A stretch of 63,881 nucleotides of DNA, the filler included, from Octopus bimaculoides (lineage: Eukaryota), in the NCBI RefSeq assembly GCF_001194135.2. It is 8 parts of 8 records of this genome, joined end to end, with 100 filler letters (N's around TTAATTAATTAA, not from the genome) between each part and the next. Parts side by side here need not be neighbours in the genome. Positions count along the whole stretch, not along the records: positions 46,615 to 55,405 come from NC_068989.1; positions 55,506 to 57,682 come from NW_026382331.1; positions 57,783 to 59,736 come from NW_026327747.1; positions 59,837 to 62,449 come from NC_069000.1; positions 62,550 to 63,881 come from NC_068993.1; 3 more parts are not named here. One strand, given 5' to 3'. The stretch's first letter is position 1, and each line of letters starts with the position of its first letter. The translations under genes were made by a program, and so were the position numbers. The notes beneath the pieces were generated by a model. It saw only the letters and a program-made list of their open reading frames with translations, had not been told where the DNA came from and did not search any database. Shown here one piece after another: positions 54,686-63,881 of the stretch.

Positions 54686-56174
54686 ATATATATATATATA
54701 TATAGATATAGATATATTGATATATATTATATATAGCCGAAAGGCTTTTGTCCATTGTATATGTATATTCGTCCGATAGTCAAAAGATCCTTTCTATTTG
54801 TTATTTCCTAGTGTTTGGATATGTACATTCGTTTGCCTTGCTCGGGGGCTTCATGCCTTCAGCTTAAGCCCTTGGCCCAACTGGTTTCGAGCAGTATCGG
54901 AGACGGTTGGGCGAAACTACGTGGACATTCCAGATTCTGACTGAAGAAACAATTGGCTGCGAATGATCCATGTATCTTGTTTCGTCCTGTCTGCCGTTGT
55001 TGCGCTATCGTCCTTTTCCTGCTAGTTATGTTTTGACGATTTCCGTTTGTTGTTTTTTTACCTTTGGTTTATCCATGCAGCGCTACGTACAATTTAATGT
55101 GGGAGTATACTGAGTATATATATCAATGTAGTTTTTCGACAGTGCAGGCTGAACTCCTTCGCATCGATATACATATTATATTGAGTACTTTTATTTCGCA
55201 TATATATATATATGCATTAGTATTCATTTATGCTTTGTATGCGAGTGTGTGTGTGAATGCTTATAAATTTTTATGCACTTATTTATGTGTGTGTTTGTAT
55301 GTATGTATGCATACAATTATGTGCGTATACGTATATAGTAATACATGTAAATACATATGTATATATATGTAAATACATGTGTATGTATATATACATACAT
55401 ATATANNNNNNNNNNNNNNNNNNNNNNNNNNNNNNNNNNNNNNNNNNNNTTAATTAATTAANNNNNNNNNNNNNNNNNNNNNNNNNNNNNNNNNNNNNNN
55501 NNNNNGTTATTGTTGCTGATGTTGTCGTCCAGGGCGGTAGTAGCGGTGCTAGTAGCAATAATAATGGTAGTGGAGAGGTGATGGTGATAGTGGGGAGAGA
55601 AACATTACCGTCTTGGTGGTGGTGGTGGAGTTTTAAAGATCGGGTTGGATAAATAAATAGATGGATAGATATAAGTAGGTGGACTTACAATAACATAAAT
55701 AATATATAAATATATGCATCTATATCCATACATATATGTACAAACCTACATCTATATGTATACATACATGCATATATGGGTACAGGACATCAAGGAAAAC
55801 GTTAAACACAATGAGAAACGAAAACAGAAAACGAACTTTTGTCGAACAACGAAAAAAACCCCCAGAGAAACGAGACATGCAACATAAAGAATATTACCCT
55901 TCTTCAGTTGTCCCTGTTCCATCTACTTAGCGGTAAATATATAAGTAGATAAATAGGTATATGCGTAGATATATGAATAAACGGATAAATGGATAAAGTG
56001 CGTGATAAATAGAAAGGTAGATAGATTGATAGATACATAGAGATGGACAGATTTAGCTAGATAAATAGATAGATTTATAGATAAATAAGTAGATCAACAG
56101 AAGTTAACGTACGTAGACGAATAAATTGTTAAATGGAGACTGAGATACATAGATAGAGAGATAGCTACATGGAT

Positions 56175-56213
<39 letters not shown>

Positions 56214-56939
56214 NNNNNNNNNNNNNNNNNNNNNNNNNNNNNNNNNNNNNNNNNNNNNNNNNNNNNNNNNNNNNNNNNNNNNNNNNNNNNNNNNNNNNNN
56301 NNNNNNNNNNNNNNNNNNNNNNNNNNNNNNNNNNNNNNNNNNNNNNNNNNNNNNNNNNNNNNNNNNNNNNNNNNNNNNNNNNNNNNNNNNNNNNNNNNNN
56401 NNNNNNNNNNNNNNNNNNNNNNNNNNNNNNNNNNNNNNNNNNNNNNNNNNNNNNNNNNNNNNNNNNNNNNNNNNNNNNNNNNNNNNNNNNNNNNNNNNNN
56501 NNNNNNNNNNNNNNNNNNNNNNNNNNNNNNNNNNNNNNNNNNNNNNNNNNNNNNNNNNNNNNNNNNNNNNNNNNNNNNNNNNNNNNNNNNNNNNNNNNNN
56601 NNNNNNNNNNNNNNNNNNNNNNNNNNNNNNNNNNNNNNNNNNNNNNNNNNNNNNNNNNNNNNNNNNNNNNNNNNNNNNNNNNNNNNNNNNNNNNNNNNNN
56701 NNNNNNNNNNNNNNNNNNNNNNNNNNNNNNNNNNNNNNNNNNNNNNNNNNNNNNNNNNNNNNNNNNNNNNNNNNNNNNNNNNNNNNNNNNNNNNNNNNNN
56801 NNNNNNNNNNNNNNNNNNNNNNNNNATATATCAATGCAAAACTAATATATTTAGTTTTCACTGAACACTAGTATAAACCAGAGGACTAGAATGCTAGCAT
56901 CCCTTAAAGGATTATAGGTCCCTGATACAAATATATATA

Positions 56940-57045
56940 TCGTGGCATTCCGTCGGTTACGACGACGAGGGTTCCAGTTGATCCGATCAAATTGAACAGC
57001 CTGCTCGTGAAATTAAAGTGCAAGTGGCTGAGCACTCCACAGACA
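56940..57045 (-). mobile_element. SINE family B 3' part
   Basis: ggcattccgtcggttacgacgacgagggttccagttgatccgatc. Confidence 0.9.
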
Positions 57046-57049
57046 CAAG

Positions 57050-57284
57050 TTTTCGAAAACTCGATAATGGCATCGGTTTTTGTGAGCGTAATCGGGCTTT
57101 TGAATGGAAATTCCCATAAAAATATTATTTTTCTTGCAGCTTATTCATTTTTTTCAAGTGTAAAATTTCAACAACATCGATGAGTAATAGTTGGAACGGG
57201 GAACATAGAAGATTTTAATACAACGTCAGAGGTGGGATGAGCTTCAACACGAAAAACACGAGCAACGCCGGGTCTAACAGCTAG
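57050..57284 (+). mobile_element. Non-autonomous Helitron-like 3' end
   Basis: cacgagcaacgccgggtctaacagCTAG followed by T; decayed subterminal hairpin; 5' TC end not located. Confidence 0.6.
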
Positions 57285-57852
57285 TATATATATAGGCATG
57301 TATGTAATTACACACACACGCATACATTCTCGATATATCGTGTGGTGCTTGATAGCTCATAAAACAGTGTGCAACACTGTTTTTATGTTGAATTACACAT
57401 GATATACATACATATATATATATGTATATATATGTGTGTGTATGTATACACAAAAATGCTTGTCTTCTGTGTGTGCGCGTGCGTCTGTGTTTAGAAAAGT
57501 GGTTATATATATATATATATCGTTATCCTATTCATAAGACACACACACACATACATACATTATTTCAGGTACAAATATATACAATATATATCAATGATCA
57601 TAAGTTCTTAATAAATGCTTAAATATACATATATACATGTGTGTGTGTTTATATATATGCACATGTATGAGTATGCTTATATNNNNNNNNNNNNNNNNNN
57701 NNNNNNNNNNNNNNNNNNNNNNNNNNTTAATTAATTAANNNNNNNNNNNNNNNNNNNNNNNNNNNNNNNNNNNNNNNNNNNNTATGGTGAAGCAAATATT
57801 TGCTGATCCCTTAATTATATTTATTATATATATATATATGTGTATAAGTATA

Positions 57853-57889
<37 letters not shown>

Positions 57890-58218
57890 TTATATGTACA
57901 TACTACACCATATTTAAGCCTACGTGCACGCCTCTGTGAGTTTGCTGTTCATGTTTTATAACATGCGAGACATAATAAAACTTTAATACTTAATATTAAG
58001 TTATTTTATATTTCCTCAACACTATCCTTTCACTCTGATAATGAGGCTGGGAAGGAAGTTCATGGGCCGGCAGTCGAGTAAGTAGGTGTAGTTATGCTTT
58101 TATTCCAAGCTAAACGCCTCAAGAATTTTAGAGGATATTGAGAAATACCAGAAATAAAGTGAAAACTTGAGTATGTTGTCTCGGTTGTTTCTTCAAGAAT
58201 ATCTTTGGAAACATAAAG

Positions 58219-58389
58219 TGCACAGGAGTGGCTGTGTGGTAAGTAGCTAGCTTACCAACCACATGGTCCCGGGTTCAGTCCCACTGCGCGGCATCTTGGG
58301 CAAGTGTCTTCTACTATAGCCTCAGGCCGACCAAAGCCTTGTGAGTGGATTTGGTAGACGGAAACTGAAAGAAGCCCGTCGTATATATG

Positions 58390-58422
<33 letters not shown>

Positions 58423-58537
58423 ATGTTTCTATGTGTGTGTTTGTCCCCCCAACATCGCTTGACAACCGATGCTGGTGTGTTTATGTCCCCGTAACTTAGC
58501 GGTTCGGCAAAAGAGGCCGATAGAATAAGTACTAGGC
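58219..58537 (+). mobile_element. SINE family A, young-looking copy, 3' end in gap
   Basis: Complete head, internal TA/TG tract and tail start. Confidence 0.92.
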
Positions 58538-59685
58538 NNNNNNNNNNNNNNNNNNNNNNNNNNNNNNNNNNNNNNNNNNNNNNNNNNNNNNNNNNNNNNN
58601 NNNNNNNNNNNNNNNNNNNNNNNNNNNNNNNNNNNNNNNNNNNNNNNNNNNNNNNNNNNNNNNNNNNNNNNNNNNNNNNNNNNNNNNNNNNNNNNNNNNN
58701 NNNNNNNNNNNNNNNNNNNNNNNNNNNNNNNNNNNNNNNNNNNNNNNNNNNNNNNNNNNNNNNNNNNNNNNNNNNNNNNNNNNNNNNNNNNNNNNNNNNN
58801 NNNNNNNNNNNNNNNNNNNNNNNNNNNNNNNNNNNNNNNNNNNNNNNNNNNNNNNNNNNNNNNNNNNNNNNNNNNNNNNNNNNNNNNNNNNNNNNNNNNN
58901 NNNNNNNNNNNNNNNNNNNNNNNNNNNNNNNNNNNNNNNNNNNNNNNNNNNNNNNNNNNNNNNNNNNNNNNNNNNNNNNNNNNNNNNNNNNNNNNNNNNN
59001 NNNNNNNNNNNNNNNNNNNNNNNNNNNNNNNNNNNNNNNNNNNNNNNNNNNNNNNNNNNNNNNNNNNNNNNNNNNNNNNNNNNNNNNNNNNNNNNNNNNN
59101 NNNNNNNNNNNNNNNNNNNNNNNNNNNNNNNNNNNNNNNNNNNNNNNNNNNNNNNNNNNNNNNNNNNNNNNNNNNNNNNTAATAGTTATGCAAGCATGTA
59201 GAGTGGCAAGGAGTAGCCAGTCCAATATGTCTACCGCATAAAATATGCATTAAACCAGTATATAGCCGTGTGATGTTTGTCACTCAATTCAGATTACCAC
59301 AATGGGAAAAAAAATCTATTGAACATAAAAATATATGTCAAATATATATGAAATTGTTGTAAGGTGTAAATGTATATCAGATATTATGTATTCACTTAGG
59401 TAATTACAGAAAACTAAGTGAATTTCAATTAAGAAATTAACACCATGGCTCTATAGGTATACATGCGTTCGTGTATACTTATATGTTCACCTGTATGTTG
59501 AAGGACGGATGGCTGTTATTTATTCATTCATACAGATGTCTATGTAGATATACATTTGGAACTGTGTGTGTTCATCGAAATGTTTCCGCGTGTATCTATT
59601 TATCTGTCCAGGACAGTCCATGTCTGTCTGTCTATCTATCTATCTATCTATCTATCTACATATATATATATACATATATACATAC

Positions 59686-59722
<37 letters not shown>

Positions 59723-59837
59723 TGTATATATATATANNNNNNNNNNNNNNNNNNNNNNNNNNNNNNNNNNNNNNNNNNNNTTAATTAATTAANNNNNNNN
59801 NNNNNNNNNNNNNNNNNNNNNNNNNNNNNNNNNNNNT

Positions 59838-60166
59838 TTGATTCCCAGACTGGGCGTTGTGAGTGTTTATTGAGCGAAAACACCTTAAAGCTCCACGAGG
59901 CTCCGGCAGGAGATGGTGGCGAACCCTGCTGTACTCTTTCACCACAACTTTCTCTCACTCTTACTTCCTGTTTCTGTTGTGCCTGTAATTCAAAGGGTCA
60001 GCCTTGTCACACTGTGTCACGCTGAATATCCCCAAGAACTACGTTAAGGGTATACGTGTCTGTGGAGTGCTCAGCCACTTGCACGTTAATTTCACGAGCA
60101 GGCTGTTCCGTTGATCGGATCAACTGGAACCCTCGTCGTCGTAACCGACGGAGTGCCAACAACAAC
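59838..60166 (+). mobile_element. SINE family B
   Basis: Near identical to 9827-10209 and 63624-63881. Confidence 0.92.
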
Positions 60167-60199
60167 AAAATTATTAAACATATTTATATACTCTCTATG

Positions 60200-60420
60200 T
60201 AAGTATGAAACACTTGTAGTCAAGGAGGTAGTATCTCTTGGCATGTCCATGGACCTCGGGGTTGACAATGGGGGCATTAACAATCTCATCAAGGAACACT
60301 CAGAGGTGCTGATGACAGATGAATTCCTGCAACTTCAGGAGCAGCAGCATTTGGATGTGGTGGAAGAGACTGGTTCCACAGAGAAAAACGGTGTAGCGAA
60401 GAAGGCTTTCTCTACAAGTT
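60200..60420 (+). pseudogene. Tigger/pogo transposase C-terminal fragment
   Basis: KEVVSLGMSMDLGVDNGGINNLIKEHSEVLMTDEFLQLQEQQH resembles the acidic Tigger1-type C-terminus. Confidence 0.75.
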
Positions 60421-60431
60421 ACATAGAAGCA

Positions 60432-60665
60432 GTTTCATCATCGTCGTTTAACGTCCGCTTTCCATGCTAGCATGGGTTGGACGATTTGACTGAGGACTGG
60501 TGAAACCAGATGGCTACACCAGGCTCCAATCTGATTTGGCAGTGTTTCTACAGCTGGATTAGCTGGATGCCCTTCCTAACGCCAACCACTCAGAGTGTAG
60601 TGGGTGCTTTTACGTGTCACCCGCACGAAGGCCAGTCAGGCGGTACTGGCAACGGCCACGCTCAT
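60432..60665 (-). mobile_element. Retroposon family D 3' end with (GAT)n tail (second copy 62190-62448; old relative about 21870-21990)
   Basis: catcatcgtttaacgtccgctttccatgctagcatgggttgga.. in both copies. Confidence 0.85.
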
Positions 60666-60714
60666 CTCGGTTTCTGAATTTGTAGAAAAATATTATCCTG
60701 AAAAAGTATCTACA

Positions 60715-60872
60715 GGACGTGCAACTCATTTCTACGGTTGAGTAAACTGGAGCAACACGAAATAAAGTGACTTGCTCGAGAACACAGCACACAGACTGGT
60801 CCAGGAGTTGAACTTACTACCTTATGATTGTGAGCCTTATGCTCTTAATCACTGAGCCATAAGGCCTTCACG
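60715..60872 (-). mobile_element. tRNA-derived SINE family E head
   Basis: Minus gtgaaggcc..tggctcagtgattaagagc..aagttcaactcctggacc..; related to 42180. Confidence 0.75.
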
Positions 60873-60881
60873 TTTTATTAA

Positions 60882-61092
60882 TCCTTTAGCATTTAAATCA
60901 ACCATATCTGGCCCAAATATTCTACCTGCTGTCGATTCAAGTCAACTAGATTTGGCCTCTCACACCTATCCTACAATGTTATTCTCAAAATATACAATCA
61001 TATTGTTGAAATCTTGAAGCTATGAGTTAATTTCAAAAACAATGTGAACAAATATGCATCACATTTGACAGAGAAATCTGATTAGTGAAGGG
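60882..61092. mobile_element. piggyBac-like MITE
   Basis: TTAA on both sides (60878-60881, 61093-61096); termini TCCTTTAGCA... / ...GAAGGG. Confidence 0.6.
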
Positions 61093-62861
61093 TTAAACCA
61101 AATATTTATACACAAAATATTAGATTGTCAGATAAATTCATTCTTTTTTTTGTTTGTTTGTTTCTTTTTTTCTACTTTGTACTCCATCATATATTTCTGA
61201 AAAGAAGTAAGATTTATTCAGATTTTGAAAATTATGAATAAAAGTCACAGTGAAAGGTAGGCCTGAAGGAGAGAGGGTATGTCATTGATGAAGTTGTGAA
61301 TGATAATGAAAGGAGTCTGGCAAATAACTGATTGATTGTTTATCTGACTGGTTAAACAAACAATCGATTAGTTAGTTGGCCAAATAAGTAACCAGCCGGC
61401 TAATAATGAAGAAGTGAAATTGAACCAGTGTGTGTGTGTTCATTATTGGATTATTGGGGTTGTGACCCTCCCAAGATACAACAAAACCATAAGACACTAT
61501 GATAAAAACATTTTCCGTGTCAATCCAAATAACGTTGGAAAGAAATAAATAGGGGCAAAAAAACAAAAAAATGATGAGTACATATGTCTGACAATTCAAT
61601 ATATTAAATGTATAAGTAAAATTTTGGTAAAAAATGAACCCATGATGCATATAAGCAGTGACATGTCATGGGAATTTTTAGGCAACACATAAATGGACTT
61701 TGAAACAAACAAAGAAAAAATCTCCCTGCAATATCATGTTACATAAAATTTATTTATAAACGTTTACCTAAGACTAAAACACATGTAAATGATATTCTAA
61801 TAACAAGATTATTCAAAGAAATTTTACATTTTGACACTCCAGGTTCAAAAGGTTAGTCATCGCTGAATTTAGGCAATTGATCGCATCAGTGGTTTTTTTA
61901 AAGGTGAAAAGTTCATAACTGGAGTATAGAATGGCCTTCTGGTTTGGCATTGTATTTCTTAATATCATTGTGTTTCTTAGTATCATCTTAATACAAAGAC
62001 TCTATAAAATATTGTGTATCAGTTAGGAGATCAATTTGGAGATGCTCTATCACTTGATCGGTGCTTATAGTTAGTTATTGACTTGACAAGTTCAGATTTA
62101 CTAAGTAAGAGGACTCCTTGGTTTAGGTGCTTATTTCCCCCAAAATTTGGTGTCTTGTAAACTGACATATATATATATATATATATATATCATCATCATC
62201 ATCGTTTAACGTCCGCTTTCCATGCTAGCATGGGTTGGATGAATTGACTGAGGACTGGTGAACCAGATGGCTACACCAGGCTCTAATCTGATTTGGCAGA
62301 GTTTCTACAGCTGGATGCCCTTCCTAACGTCAACCACTCCAAGAGTGTAGTGGGTGCTTTTACATGCCACCGGCACAAAGGCCAGTCAGGCGGTACTGGC
62401 AATGGCCACGCTCAAAATGGTGTATTTTACGTGCCACCTGCACAGGAGCNNNNNNNNNNNNNNNNNNNNNNNNNNNNNNNNNNNNNNNNNNNNTTAATTA
62501 ATTAANNNNNNNNNNNNNNNNNNNNNNNNNNNNNNNNNNNNNNNNNNNNTCTTATATATATATATATATACATACATTGTATTAAATGTTTCAGGATAGG
62601 TTGATGTTGTACAATACAAGCGTGCGCTTGCGCGCATGTCTGCGATCTTAAAAGATTCGTTTCACAGCCATGAAGGAACCAGGTTCGTTCCCGCTTCATG
62701 GCACCTTAAGCAAGTGTCTTTTACCACAGCCACGGGCTTGACTGAAGCTGCATCACTCTGATTCCTCTACGTTGTTAAAAGCATACATTATGGCTATTCA
62801 TATCTGTCACACGTTCAGCCATGTTACATATTGGTTCAATGCGTAGATTGCTCATTCAACG

Positions 62862-62940
62862 CAGTGATTCTCAACCATTTTTTTTCGTCTCTGTTGGAAC
62901 TCTTTGATTACTATTTCATTCTGGTGGACCCCCATAGCTA
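62862..62940 (+). mobile_element. hAT Charlie-type terminal inverted repeat end
   Basis: CAGTGATTCTCAACC, similar to the 30042 TIR; partner end not found. Confidence 0.45.
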
Positions 62941-63087
62941 TTCGATCTTTAAAAACTAGTTTTATAGATATTTTGTTTAAAATTTCCATTTTGTTTGTCA
63001 CGTATTCACTTGTGTAGGTCGAACTACGTAACACAGTGAGGAAAGGGCTCTGGCGATTTGGTACGGCTTATGGACAGTGAACATCTA

Positions 63088-63136
<49 letters not shown>

Positions 63137-63623
63137 ATGTCTGTTTTATATATCTGTGAATATATAGACATGATGAAGTGTTCAAACTGTTCTCATTGTC
63201 CAAATACAGAAAATTACATTCGTAATTCTCACCTGATTTCTGTTTCTGCAACCATATTAATTTGTGTGCGTTCTTAAAAAACACCTGAGTCTGCATATTC
63301 TCAAGAGAGTGCTTTGATGTTTATACGTTTATAGAATATGCCCACATATATAACGCAACAATCTAGATAACATTTGCTTTCCAATAAAAGCTAATTCGAA
63401 AGCTGCTTTATTACTCCATTCACAGTGAAATAATTTTTGTTCTTTTAAAAGTCTGCATAGAATAATCTTTACATTAATGTTTGCAGCAGAGTCAGGTTGC
63501 TGCAACGAACATCAGATGTTTGTTTTGGCTGCAAAAGTTACAAGTTGAAAATTACTGGGTGTAAAAGTAGCTTGCTCTGTGTTGCTGCATCGCTGATTAA
63601 GTGTGTTGTACAACTGAGACGGT

Positions 63624-63881
63624 GGAGGCGCAATGGCCCAGTGGCTAGGGCAGCGGACTCGCGGTCAAAGGATCGCGGTTTCGATTCCCAGACCGGGCGT
63701 TGTGAGTGTTTATTGAGCGAAAACACCTAAAGCTCTACGAGGCTCCGGCATGGGATGGTGGCGAACCCTGCTGTACTCTTCCACCACAACTTTCTCTCAC
63801 TCTTTCTTCCTGTTTCTGTTGTGCCTGTAATTCAAAGGGTCAGCCTTGTCACACTGTGTCACGCTGAATATCCCCGAGAAC
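63624..63881 (+). mobile_element. SINE family B, cut by the window end
   Basis: A box TGGCCCAGTGG, B box GTTTCGATTCC. Confidence 0.92.

Noticed and set aside
54860-54970. GCCCAAC/GTTGGGC hairpin before GAAAC, and nearby CTGAAGA..GAAT
   Set aside because: The halves are not in HHR order and helices are incomplete.
60497-60520. CTGAGGA-ctggt-GAAA in family D
   Set aside because: Five nucleotides cannot form stem II.

Overview
Gappy (many N-runs), AT-rich, microsatellite-saturated eukaryotic scaffold. The SINE families and repeat landscape point to an octopus/coleoid cephalopod draft genome (inference, no database check). I find no convincing intact host gene, and almost every ORF in the track is a microsatellite or N-run artefact. 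The window is a transposon graveyard: at least three Penelope-like element (PLE) fossils (GIY-YIG and RT), RTE-type LINE fragments, a Dong/R4 3' fragment, a gag-like CCHC ORF1 with no ORF2, mariner, Tigger/pogo, hAT and Merlin transposase remnants, piggyBac-like and Helitron-like non-autonomous ends, and about 30 tRNA-derived SINE copies from several families. The strongest signal is a set of type-I hammerhead ribozyme (HHR) motifs read by eye. Two have an intact core and helices (36154-36199 minus, 53511-53580 minus), two are near-intact (4525-4583, 11823-11867), and several are decayed. They recur as outward-facing inverted pairs. The clearest case is a tRNA-headed SINE ending in a minimal HHR (36072-36921). 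It is inserted with a 10-bp TSD and an inverted 3' fragment into a Penelope endonuclease gene, and was itself later hit by a Dong/R4 element in its (AAT)n tract. This suggests Pol III ribozyme-bearing, Penelope-mobilised SINE/retrozyme-like elements (inference). The N44-TTAATTAATTAA-N44 blocks are assembly linkers.
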